DNA of 61,217 nucleotides, filler included, from Bipalium vagum (Eukaryota): NCBI GenBank assembly GCA_037834085.1. It is 3 parts of 3 records of this genome, joined end to end, with 100 filler letters (N's around TTAATTAATTAA, not from the genome) between each part and the next. Parts side by side here need not be neighbours in the genome. Positions count along the whole stretch, not along the records: positions 1 to 21,231 come from JBBMKC010240195.1; 2 more parts are not named here. One strand, 5' to 3'. Shown piece by piece: positions 1 to 12,452 of this stretch (position 1 is its first letter; each line of letters starts with the position of its first letter). The notes under the pieces were generated by a model. It saw only the letters and a program-made list of their open reading frames with translations, ran no database searches and was not told where the DNA came from. The position numbers and the translations under genes were made by a program.

Positions 1-785
1 TGAATTTCAGTGTATTGTATTTTATTTTGGTGTGGTATAAATACAAGTGTTGCTTTACTGATTGTTTTGATTTGCACAAACTAAGATTTTGGAGTCAGGT
101 TTAAATTTGATACCCTAAATATTGAACAGTACAGAAAAAAAACAGTGTTAATACTCCATTGGGATGCTTCAAAAAATAATAAAGATAATTTTTAATCAAT
201 TAAATTATCAATTAATGAATGAAAATCTGAGAAGATAAAATATTGAGTAAAAAAGAAATTGAAATGAAATCATGAATAAATCCAAGGCGAATATAAAAAA
301 AATTAGTAAAATAATAAATAAATTTAAATAAACGTAAAAAAATAAAACGAAATATTGGTGAAAAAAATAAAAATATTGAAATAATTATTTTATTTTATTT
401 ATTTATTTTCTTTAGGTTATTTGTTTAATTTGAATATTATTTTAATTTAGATTAATTTTTAACCAATTATAATTATTTTTCACATCTTTTGAAGAAAATT
501 TTTATAAAATTTGAAAAAATATCTTAAAATTAACAAATTTCAAAAAATCGGCAATTTAACAATGTTAACCATTTCTAAAAAATAAAATATAAATAAAATA
601 ATATAATAATAAATAGACCTTATAATTTTTAATTGAAATATTTTCTGGTTGAATGCCTTCAAATTCCTTAACGTTACCAGTACTAAATTAAAGAATCCAA
701 TATGGTATTTGTTTTATTCCTTAAGAATAAAGTAAACTTAGGACTTATTTAACTTCCGTTTCGTATTCAATCATTAAAATTTATT

Positions 786-1757
786 ATGTCGTGTAGATTC
801 ATAACGAAATTTTTTTTCACAACCTTCATCATCGTTTTAAATTGGTCACAAAGAACAGAACCATCACACCCAGTGCTGGTTCAAGTCAACATGTCAGATG
901 TTGCTTTTGTTAAATTACATGAATTGGCTCCGAATGTTTATATGGCTTTTCCATACGTTTGGCTTGACATTCCCAAAATGTCTACGTTAGGCTGTTTGAT
1001 AAATTTTAGAACTAGGAAATACACTCTGGGGATTCCAATATCATTTTGGAACTACAGCTATATTGAGAAACTAAATGGCCACAACTTTTTCCTAAATAAA
1101 AGTAAAAATCACAATCTCAAGGTGCTACCTCCATCTGGATTTTCCAAATTTAGAATCAATTGGAGGAGGAATATAGGCTATTCCAGAAAGATACTATTAG
1201 ATACATCTTGGCATTCATCGAATTTGAACTATGTGCTTCCAATGAGATATGTATTCATCATCGAGTTTGATGATCGAAATAAGAGCAAGGATCTTTGCAT
1301 GGAAACTCAGAAACTTCTCGTTTCTGATGTCATTCAGAGACAAGAAATTGAAATAGAATTCAAAAGAACGACAGTTATTAATGAAACCATAACTCCAATG
1401 GACGTTATGAAACATGACATATCTACTGTTGAACCAATACGATCCCTTTGTACTGAGATTGAAGAATGCCTGATATCAAAATCTAGTATTAATATACTCG
1501 CATATGAGGTGAGTATTAACTTAATGAAAAGGTTTGGTTTTGAAAGAATCCAATACATGAAGAGTATTCATGAAGAGGTTGTTCGATATTTGTGTTCAGC
1601 AAAATCTTCGCAGTCTTTATCTAAATCAGATTTTTGCAGTATCCCTTTCGATGTTCGACAAAATAAAAATCATGGATCTAATTTCAAGCTATTTTCTATT
1701 ACTAAGATCAATCTGCCACCCATTGAAAGGACATTTTCAATGGAAATACAAAATTAA
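786..1757 (+). CDS. Uncharacterised, probably secreted protein (paralog A)
   Basis: 323-aa ORF with ATG and an N-terminal hydrophobic signal-like segment. About 70% identical (hand count) to ORF 6244-7005 over ~97 core residues. A GAG|GTGAGT donor at 1509 could mean the C-terminus is spliced differently. Confidence 0.75.
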   Translation: MSCRFITKFFFTTFIIVLNWSQRTEPSHPVLVQVNMSDVAFVKLHELAPNVYMAFPYVWLDIPKMSTLGCLINFRTRKYTLGIPISFWNYSYIEKLNGHNFFLNKSKNHNLKVLPPSGFSKFRINWRRNIGYSRKILLDTSWHSSNLNYVLPMRYVFIIEFDDRNKSKDLCMETQKLLVSDVIQRQEIEIEFKRTTVINETITPMDVMKHDISTVEPIRSLCTEIEECLISKSSINILAYEVSINLMKRFGFERIQYMKSIHEEVVRYLCSAKSSQSLSKSDFCSIPFDVRQNKNHGSNFKLFSITKINLPPIERTFSMEIQN

Positions 1758-1941
1758 CCCCGACTTTTTAATTATCTGGTGAGGTTGAAGTCAACAAAGT
1801 TTAATTTTAGAGATATTAGTCCTCTTTATGTGTCGGTTATGTAACAGGTTTAATTATTTTAGAAATGTTTTGAATTTAATTTATTTTATTTAATTAAAAT
1901 AAATATAACATTTTATTTTTATTTTTTTAAAATATTTTTAA

Positions 1942-1987
<46 letters not shown>

Positions 1988-4900
1988 TATTTTTTAAACA
2001 ATATTGAAATAGTTAGGCTAACCGCGATTAGTTTTCTGTAAATCAAACCAAAATATTTTTTAGACAATGCACTCCTAAGTATGGTATCATATATTTTGAT
2101 TTTTGTTTTTTAAAAATAAAAGAGATATTATAAAATATACAACTTATATCTAACAGCATAGGGTAACCTGATAAAACGAGTTACAAATGAATTAACGTAA
2201 CCAATGCCCAGTCGATTAGAAATCTTGTTAAAATTTTAATTTTAGTCTTTTTCATCATTTTTACCTTTTGTATTATCTTGTTTCATATTGACATATATTG
2301 ATGATGTGGTTCTAATGCTAGTATGGAGATGGCAGCACGACAGGGCTCGATGAGAAGCAATTAGGAATAATATTACATATATTTTTTTGGTATTTTTGCT
2401 TTTATTAATCTTTTAATTTTATTTTAGCTCGTATTTGTAATTAATTTTAATGACTTAACAAAGGTAACTCTTATTATTTATTTGTGATTTGATTAATCTT
2501 TCTTTATTTGAGTTTGGTTTGATGAATTGTGATAAAATTATAGTTAATTTAGGTAATGTTGGCTTAAGATTTTTATAATAAAGAAATTAATTAGCAGAAA
2601 CAAACTACTTAAAATTTATAAGCTAAAGAATTATTATTTTTAGCTCAGAAGGTAAAGAGAAACAAGTTAAAATAATACAGAAAAAAGGTCTTTGTGTAGA
2701 GAAAATAACAATAATAAATGAAATTATGAAAATTAATTAATTAATAAATGATTATTAATTAATTTAATTTAGTCAGTCATGATAAAAAGTCAAGCACATT
2801 ACTTTAAACCCAGGTAATCGTAAATAAAGTCACATAGGGCACCTGAGGTAATTATGAGCATAACGTCATTTAGGTAGGTTTGCATTAAAATGTAGGCATC
2901 ATGTTATCGTCCGATTCTTCCAGTAAAAAGTTAAAACATTGACCTTAAAAACAATTAAAATTAAAAGTGAAGTATCAGCAATTTTTCAGTAAATCCCAGT
3001 CAGCAATTCAGCTGACTTATTATTAAAAATAATAAGCGACTCGATAATTAATCGATTCAAGTAATTATTAATCTATATTTGTTTTCAGTTCCGTCAAACT
3101 AGTCAACTGAAATGTAGTTCTTATCTGAGAAACTCTTCACTTACAACGAAATAAGAGATTATTCTTAACTTTGTCTAAAAATTATTAAATTTTTATTCTT
3201 GTTAAAGAAATAAATGTTTTGTCGTGTTAAACGTCTTAAATATTCCATTTACTTTTTATTTAAGATAAAAGACAGTGAATACACATTTGAGAGTTTGATA
3301 GATCAAGCGTTTGCTAAGTACGACTTGAAAGGCAAGAAGAACCTCAAAGTTTTACTAGAATTTTTTCAAATCCTTACTTTTTATTTGTATTGATTTTTTT
3401 CCAGCAATAATATTTTTTTCTTAACTTTAAACCTTTATCTATTTTTAAAGAATGTTTAAATTTTCATGAAAGTATAACGGGATAGGTCGTTTATCTAAAA
3501 GGTTACAAGGGGCTTATATCTGGGCTCACCAACTCCTCGAAGGAAGTGTTAATAATAAAAGAATCAGGAATAAGCAAATCGAATAACAAGATAAGGTTTA
3601 TTTTTTATGACAAATGCAAGGTTAGATCTCAAATACACAATCAATTTATAACAATACGACAATAAATTATTTAATTAATAAACTACCTTCTTGACTTTAT
3701 GATAGCCAAAGAAACCATGTTAACAAAACTCGTATTCTGTTGACTATGGCGAAGCAGAATCGAATTATCAAGAGAACAATAAAAAAATATAAGAAAAAAT
3801 TATAAGTAAGTGATGAAAAGAATTTACTTCTATTAATAAATAAACATTAATTACTTAATTATTTAACTCTATTCATTAATCACTTTTGGAATTAATACAA
3901 ATTTCTTACCTTTATTATTACCTGATTTTTTGAATAGATTTCAAATCGTATTCTAAGTTGTTAAAGGCATTTTGAAAGAGAAAATCAGGAGTTCATATAC
4001 TCATTTTTTTCCACATTCTAGAGGTTCTCATTTTTTAACTTTTTAATAATAAATTATGAGCGGTTTCTATTTCAGGTAAGTTTTACTTCCTACTAATAGA
4101 ATTATGCATAGGTGGTTACTATTTTAAGTAAGTTGTTATGTTATAGAACTTTCGATATTTATTAACTTTATTCTCATCATTTATTTATGGAAAGTTCTTT
4201 ATTTTCATATATTAATAATAATAATTAATCATGTGGATTATATTTTTAATTAATATTCTAAATCCAGATTTTATATATTTTGTTTTATTATATTAGGCTT
4301 TAAATGATTAAAATAACTTTATTAATTATTTAAATATTATAATTTTCAAACATAAAATATAAATTCACATTCATTTTTGAGAATTATAAAAATAAGAAAG
4401 TACAAAGCCTTTTTATGCACATTGCAAATTTAAATCAATTAAATGTAAAATTAAATATAAAATCAAATTTAAAATCAAATTTAAAATGTTTTAAATGTCG
4501 ATAATCAATTTCGGAGAGCGGCCCTCAGTCTCCATCGGCTCTTGAGGTTCCTTGATATCGCTCATTCTGAAAGCTTTATTTGGAGATTTGTGTTGGTTCA
4601 GTACAGTTTTTTGCTGTGTTTTTTTGGTGGCATGGTAAAAGCCAGAAGAATCATTGAAATTTCAGATTTACTTACCGAGGTGAAATTATTATTAATAAAT
4701 TCAAATTTTTATTGATCTTGCTAAAAAACTGATTGGTATTTTCAATACAATTGCAATACACTTGGAAGAGGTTTATTAGCTTAAAAATATTCAGTCTTGA
4801 GTTCCTCAGTTATTTAACTAATCACAAAAAGTAACTTGAAATGCGTAAATTTAAATTGTTACACAAAAGAAAGCATCAGTTTTATAGTCGTAAGGAGTTC

Positions 4901-6243
4901 AGCACAATTGATAAATGTCAATCAAGTGTTATATATTAATGAAGAGGGGGAAAATGATGATAAAAAGACACAAACAAGTCAAGAACCAATCTCTTCCTTT
5001 TGAAACATATAGGAAGCATATCAAGCATTAGAAATGTTACAAAATGTCATTACGAAAACATCTCAATGCCAGCGACATTGATATAAGGCTTTGATAAACT
5101 GGGTGCTAAATTCTGTTAGACAGAAAAGTAAAAAACGAACATACAAAATTATTTTCTTTTAAACAAATATTAGAACTATTAATTTTCATTATTCTTGTTG
5201 TAAAATAAATTGAAGTTCATTAATAGGGTTTAAAAGTTACCAATATTATGTCATTATATTATATTATTATATTTTTATTATAATATATTATTACACAGTA
5301 CAAGATATTTTTCCTGAAACCTTCTTTATAGACAGACACTTTATAACCTTATTCTGCACGTGCTCCAATGTGACTATTGTTTTTGATATGTTCCACTGCA
5401 TTTAAAATATCATATCTAGCACTTAGTATTCCAATAAGAAAATATTTTCGGATCTATTTTGATTTAACTGTCACATTTATATGTTGTTTACATGATTTAT
5501 TTCAAAATTAATTACTTTTAAATTGTAATTGTTAATATCCTCATAGTAAAGTCGTTTGTAAGCTATGAAAAGAACCAACAATTTATATTAAACATTAGGT
5601 TCTGTATTTAAAATTGGGGCACTTCTCGTTGTTGAATAACTTTTCATTATGTTGCTATTATACCTTAAAGTAACTTTCGCTCGTCAATCAGTAACTCCTC
5701 ACTTAACTCTGTTGTCTTTACCAGCTCTCTAATTGAATCAAAAACCCCTACAATAATACTTTATCCGAACCCTTTAAAATGAATCAAAACACTCACAGCA
5801 AAACTTTATTTTATGTAGATAATTAACAATTATTATTTTAATTTTAAATGTTATCATTATTACTAGTGTTATATTACCATATTAGTGTTATTATTATTAA
5901 AATCAGGTTTTGTGCCTTTGGCCAACCCAACAATTAATTTCTAACATATTTGGTAACATTGATTTTTCTAGATTAAGGTCATAGTTTTTTTAATATATTA
6001 AATATTATTGATTTGACTGTGGTACTCACAATTTGTTTTAAATTATAATTTTAATCTTCAGATTTTATTCAAATAATTAACCTGTTTTAATAATAAATAA
6101 TTTAATATTAAATATTAAGTAATTATTTTTAAAAATTTAATCTGTATATTTATTTTCTAAAAATATCACTTGATAAAGATTATTATACGTGAAGGTTAAG
6201 AATGAAGCTATTTGTATAAAAACTCAATTTAAAGTCAGTAAAA

Positions 6244-7005
6244 TCATAAGTCTGTGTCTTGTGAGACAATTGTAAAAGCTACATGAAGCATAAGAAAGTA
6301 AGTATTAAGAAAAGAAATGAAGGATCTTTTATATTCATAAAATAAAGACAAAACCGGTTCCACGTTCGAAATATCATGTGTCATTAAACCGATCGGAATA
6401 ATGGATCGATTAAAACGTTCCAATTTCATAAATTCGATTTGGATTTCTTGTCTTTGAATAAAATTTGAGAGAAAATCTTTACGTATTTCGTTGCAAAGCT
6501 CTTCACTTCGACTCCCATCTTCGAATTCCATCGTGAAAACATGTCTCATTGGAAGAACGAAATTCAGATCGGATTGACACCAGGAAGTATCTAATCCAAC
6601 TTTGGTTGAATTATATCCAAATCTTCTCCAATTGATTCGAAACTTCGATATTCCAAAAGGTGGTAGCACTTTCACCGAGCCATTGATTCCCATGTTCACG
6701 AAAAAGTTGTAATTGTTCAACTTCTCAATGTAACTGTAGTTCCAGAACGATATTGGAAGGCCCAAAGAGTATTTCATACTTTTGAAGTTGATGAAACAAT
6801 TTAATGTCGACATTCTCGGAATGTCAAGCCAAACGAAGGGAAGAGCTGTATAAACATTTTGAGCAAATTCAAATAGTTTAATGTAGGCAATGTCTGATAT
6901 GTTTACTTGAACTAATGGAGGTAAAGAACATTCTCCTAGTTTTGACCAAATTAAAAAAATAAGACAAATTGTGAAAATTGTGAAAATAGCTGCTTTGAAC
7001 GCCAT
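6244..7005 (-). CDS. Uncharacterised, probably secreted protein (paralog B)
   Basis: 253-aa ORF with a signal-peptide-like N-terminus. Shares VWLDIP.MSTL, PISFWNYSYIEKLN, KVLPP, SKFRINWRR and IQRQEI.IEF with 786-1757. The ATG context (attaaaatt(t)attATG) is also shared. Confidence 0.75.
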   Translation of the reverse strand: MAFKAAIFTIFTICLIFLIWSKLGECSLPPLVQVNISDIAYIKLFEFAQNVYTALPFVWLDIPRMSTLNCFINFKSMKYSLGLPISFWNYSYIEKLNNYNFFVNMGINGSVKVLPPFGISKFRINWRRFGYNSTKVGLDTSWCQSDLNFVLPMRHVFTMEFEDGSRSEELCNEIRKDFLSNFIQRQEIQIEFMKLERFNRSIIPIGLMTHDISNVEPVLSLFYEYKRSFISFLNTYFLMLHVAFTIVSQDTDL

Positions 7006-9789
7006 AATAATTTTAATAATTAAAAAATCAAATTAAAATTGATTATCTTTATATTTTAAGGTTATTATCCTTTAATTATCCTTTTAACTAAATAAAACAA
7101 ATATCATTGGTATATAAAATTTATTAATGGAAATTATTTTTTTTATTAATATTTTTAATTTCTTTCCTTTAATGTAAATTTTACTTCTAATATGTCAAGA
7201 AATATTTTTATAATCAAATATCAAAATCATATTCAATGTAACAGATAAATATTTACATAAAAATATTCAAGTTAAAATAAATATAATTGATTTAGAAAAT
7301 CGTAAATTAATTTAATAAAGAAATTATTAAACTTAAAATTTGCGAAAATTAAAGTATTTTTCAATTAATATTTAATTAAAGTTATTGTTTAACTGATTGA
7401 CTACGACAATAACCAATTTAAAAAACCATATATGATTTATTATGTCTGCAAAATTAAGAGCATTTGGATCCGTTAGTTGTTATGATCAGATATTGGAGTT
7501 TTTAAATGGAAAGAGTTGATTTTTAAAAGCATTGTTTTATCTAATAAGTTACCTTAGGTAATGAAAATGAAATAAAAAGTTACATCGTGTCAATATCTGG
7601 TTATAGTGATTTAATTTGCTTTGGGCATGAAAAAAATTTGGTGATTGCTTCATGTAATAGTTTGGATGAAATTTTTTGAAATGTAAATTTTGTTTAGTAA
7701 ATTACATTCAATACAAGAATTCAGACGATGTCAATTTTCTCGTTATTTTCCAAGACGTGATCTGTGATAATTATTCGGAGTAAATTTTCAGTTTGCAATT
7801 CTTTATAATGCTAATTTAATTTATCGAAAATTTAAAAATCAATTTATTGATTTCGTTTTTAATATCGAATGAATATTAAAATCAATAAAAATTGTGTATT
7901 AATTATTTTAGTATTAATGCATTTAAAACCGATTTGTGAGATAAAGTGCAAGAAGCTCTTGGATCAACGACATACTAAATTTTCATTAGAATGGGTTCTA
8001 CTTTTGTTCTCTACAAAGTTCGACATTTAACTTCTTGATCATATTCACCATTAAGAAACCATTTTCATCGAATTACATTAAAGATATTTAGACCACTAAT
8101 TGGGAATTATATTTTGAACTGATTTTCCTTTTAAGTTAACTTCTTTTTTCAAGTCAAATTTTGCACTGAATTCCAACATTTCGAATTTAAAATTACCTGT
8201 ATGAGAAATCATGTACCATTTATTAGGTTTTGTAGTAGGCTATGAGATTTTTATAGAAAAGTTATTGAATGTTAAGCTATTGATTATTGTCGCTCTCATT
8301 ATTGAATCATAAAAATTACTCTCTGGTATAGGTAGGTGTTTAGTTTCTACGGTCACCATAGTCTTCTATACTTAGCTTTAGAAAACTATCATAGAAACGG
8401 CTGTAAATCGGTTTTGAATTGAATAAAACTTCGAGCACAACAATGAAAATATATCAAGAAATGGTACTTGGATTAGGATATTTTAATTTTCTCAATTCCT
8501 GTTGTGGTCGTCACTGATAGCAGTTGAATTCATTGCTGATAGAACAAAATAAACAACAATGTTTACTTTACAAGGAAATGTTATAGTTTTTTCTGCAGTT
8601 ATGATTCTTATATTTAAATAAATTGGTTTTTCGTTTAAAATGTATTCCAGCTTAATCGTTAATTTAGTATTAATTTTAAAGATTATCTTAGAAAATTTAA
8701 TGAGATAACTATTATTGTAAATGTTTATAAAATTGATATGGATTAAGTTACTTTAATAAAACAAATCTGTGTCAAAGTAAAATATGAAGTTATTTATAAT
8801 TTCAATTTCAAAAAATCTAAAAGAAATTTTAAATATTAAAATATTAAAATAAAATATTTTTAAAATTAAAACATATGAATAAATCCATTTTCTTTTTGTA
8901 ATGACCGAACTTGTCATTTTAAGTATCCAAGGTCCGATCATTTTACTTTAAAGTTTCTTTCTGATCTTTCGGAAACTGATAGAAAAGTTTAATTTTTCAA
9001 CAGACCATTATTTTCTCTTGATAATATGGGAAATATGAAAAACTTCATTGAAATAATGTATTATTTAAATATTGATTTTTTGTTAAATTAGATTGATTTT
9101 TAAAAATTATTTTTTGAAACGATATACTGTCAAAATAAAGTTAGACCTGAATCATTTATTCTATGATGTAATAAAGACTTGTTTTCTCCAATTTTCTAAA
9201 ATAATTAATTTTAATATATTTTCTTGAAAAAAAAATTTTTGAACTTTGTTGTTGTTTTTTCATTCCAAATTTTTGAAATTTATGTTTTGGAAAGTTCTAA
9301 AAAGATTTTTTAGACCAACATCGATAGAAAATAGGTTCAAGGTTTGGTCTAAAACAGTTCCCTTGCATGAATATGTTTTAGATTTTTTATCGAATACAAT
9401 TTTTTTATAATTCCAGAGAAAGATATGAAAGGTATATTTTAGGCTGATTTCATTTTTTATCAGGTTACAAAATGAATGAAGCATTTAAAAATATTTTGGT
9501 TGATTTTGAGAAAAGACTAAAACAGTAAATAGAGTTGGAGAATCTGATTGAGTATTTGAGAAAGAGAAAGGGTCTCACTGCAAATTATTTCACTGGATTT
9601 GACTGTTAATTTATGATATAATTTAAGACACGGTTTTGAAAAATAAATTGACTGATGACCGCTTTTTCCGAATCAGGAGATCTTAGTATATATAAAATTC
9701 AATATAATGTTTAATATTATTAATTTAAGATTAATATTGATTAAGATTCTTCGATTGCGAATTGTGATTTTCGATTAATTTATAAATAA

Positions 9790-11727
9790 ATAATTAACTT
9801 AAGTAATGATGCATTTCCAAACAAAAATTTAAACTTTCGCATTTAAGTTAATTTAAAAAATTTTTATTAAAAACAAATACCATTAGAATTAATAAATTTC
9901 TGTTATCGTGATAAAAGTTTGTTGATTCAAATTTGAAAAAATTAAATTTTTTGACCCAGTGAAGTCTTTGAAGATTTTTTCAATATGGCATTCATTTTTA
10001 AACTGTTTTTTCTTCGAGAAGTGATCAATATGTTAGAAAAATGAAAATCCGTGGGAGCCAGGTGTGATGAGTGGGTGAGGAAGAGTTTCATATCCTTCAT
10101 AATCCATAGAAGTTTTGTACGACAATTGGTGAAACATGAGGATGTGCATTATCATGAATGAGTATAGGATTACCGATTGACTGATGTTTTTGGACAATTT
10201 TTTGTGCATCTCCTTTAACTGCTTATAGCACGATGTCCCAGTGATAACTGAAATAAAAAATTATGATATTAAAAGGTTTTTAAACATACAGCATTATGGA
10301 GTCCCCGTCAAAAGTCTGAGTCACCTTCAAAAATTGAATTGATTTCATTATTTATCCATTGGAATGACATCAATTTAGATATAGGTATTTATATAACTCT
10401 GACCTATATCATTTTATTGTTTTTTCATTAATATTGCATAATTATCAATATTATTCTTGACAAATAAATACTTTTGTTTAAATAAGGGTTGAAAAAAGAG
10501 AACTTTTGGACTGTGAAAAAAGGGCTCAAATTTTGATTTTGCGCGACGAAGGTTATTCGCAGAGACAAATTGCGCCGAGAATGAATATATCAAGGGCAGC
10601 TGTTCGAAGTTCAATTCAACGATATGGCTTGGATAAATCATTCAAGTCCAAGCAACGATGTGGAAGACCAAAAGTAACAACAATTCAAACTGATAGATTG
10701 ATTCTTCGGTTGTCCTGTACTCGACCTTTTGTACCAACAAGTGAAATTAGATCACAACTTCCACCAGATGCACCAATAAGTATGAGTACCATTTATCGAC
10801 GGCTTAGACACGATTTCTCGTTGCACTCCAGAAGGCCTGCAATAAAACCGAGACTTTCTTTAAAGAATGTTAAAGACCGCCTTCTCTTTTGTAACAAATA
10901 TAAGAATTGGAAGCCCACAGATTAGCATAGGGTTATTTTTTCAGACGAATGTAAGATCCAACAATTCTCTCCCAATGTTATGACGGCACATAAGGTTTGA
11001 TCCAAAATATACTGTCAAGAATGTAAAACATTCTCCTTTCGTTATGGTCTGGTCATCAATATCATATGATGGTGTGGGTAATTTATGTTTTGTTCCTGCT
11101 GGTACAACAATTAGATCTACGGAGTACATCGACATATTAAACCAACACCTTCTACCAATTGAAACTAGTAAAATCTTTCAGCATGATGGGGAAACTTATC
11201 ATACAGCCAAGGCCGTAAAAGAATTTATCTCTCTTAACAATATGAAGGTACTTTGTCTGTAAATTCCCCCGACCTCTCACCAATTGAAAACTGCTGATCC
11301 GAATTGAAGAAAAAAGTCTCAAATCTCAATCCAACATCAATTAATGACCTAAAAATGAAAATTAATCAAGTGTGGAGAAATGATATCTCGCCTGAATATT
11401 GCAAACATTTAATTGAGTCAATGTCTAATCGTATTGTGGTAGTCATTAAAGCTAATGGACAGATCACAAAATATTAAATTTTTTTATAATATTCATTCAT
11501 GATAAATTTTGTACACAATATATACATTTTTTGGAATTAATACGTCTTTTCAAATGTACAATAAGAATTTACACTTTTTTGAAGGTGGGCTCAGACTTTT
11601 GACGGGGACTGTATTATATTAATTTTGATAACATCGAAAATCAATCAGAAGTAGATATTATTTATTGATATTCTTGAAATTTTTGAATATTAAAAAATTA
11701 GTAATTACTTTCCGACTGATCTAATAT
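9790..11727 (-). mobile_element. Degenerate, internally deleted mariner remnant (host of a nested Tc1)
   Basis: Minus-strand HDNAHPH and ETLPHP..LAPTDFHF motifs at ~10040-10160. Mariner-type TIR (..gtaattactttccgactgatctaata) at ~11700-11727. Boundaries are approximate. Confidence 0.55.
10289..11611 (+). mobile_element. Tc1-family DNA transposon, full length, inactivated transposase
   Basis: TIRs CAG(..)TCCCCGTCAAAAGTCTGAG.CACCTTCAAAAA at both ends with flanking TA; the left TIR carries a 10-bp insertion. Transposase remnants: HTH (GYSQRQIA), GRPKVTT, IFSDE, QHDG, SPDLSPIEN-like region. Several stops and frameshifts. Confidence 0.92.
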
Positions 11728-12452
11728 TATTGATGTAATTCAAGAAATTATTGGAAAGAATTGTAGCAAAGCGGGGGATAAAATTTTTACATGAATAAAA
11801 CTGATGTTTCAAGAGAGCAAAAGTTAATAATTTTTTATCGTCTTAGTTAAATGCTTCCAGATTCTATAATCTTTTACTCTAAATTTAGTAAAGAAATATG
11901 TAAAGTAAAGAAATGTCTAGAAAGTTTTATTTTTAAAAAATAATTTCAGAATGGAATTTATATTTTATATTTATTAAAATATATTAATTTACACTCTAAT
12001 TATTGAACAAGTTTTCTGTATTCATTCATTATCAACACTGTTGGAATAGTTAAATCAAATTGAAAACTAAATCAAAATAGGCAAAAGGAAATATTTATCA
12101 AATTGGAAGGAATGTATAAAGTATTAAAGTTTTTAAAGGTTTAGCTTTAAACAGAATGGACAGCAGTACATTCATTCAGAAATAAAATTAAAAGAGGAAA
12201 ATAAATGAATAAAGATTTATTAATAAAAGTGCTAATCAATTGAGATATTTTGATAAATTTGATAGTGTTAATGGTATTGAGATTAAGGAAATATGAGAAA
12301 AATCTTCATAGGAAAGCGTTATTATTAACAAATATTGAAGGAGATTTGGTTGAAGAAATAAAATTGGTAATTGTAATCGCTAAAGAGAGAAACTTTTTTT
12401 GATTTATTACATGTGAATTTCCAATTTTCACCTTCTGTTTATACGAATTTAG

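Noticed and set aside
4490-4633. Small minus-strand gene starting MPPKK
   Set aside because: It stops after 11 codons unless a homopolymer frameshift is assumed; no recognisable homology.
4660-5400. Possible pogo/Tigger 3' remnant
   Set aside because: Only weak C-terminal resemblance and one TIR-like end; too decayed to call.
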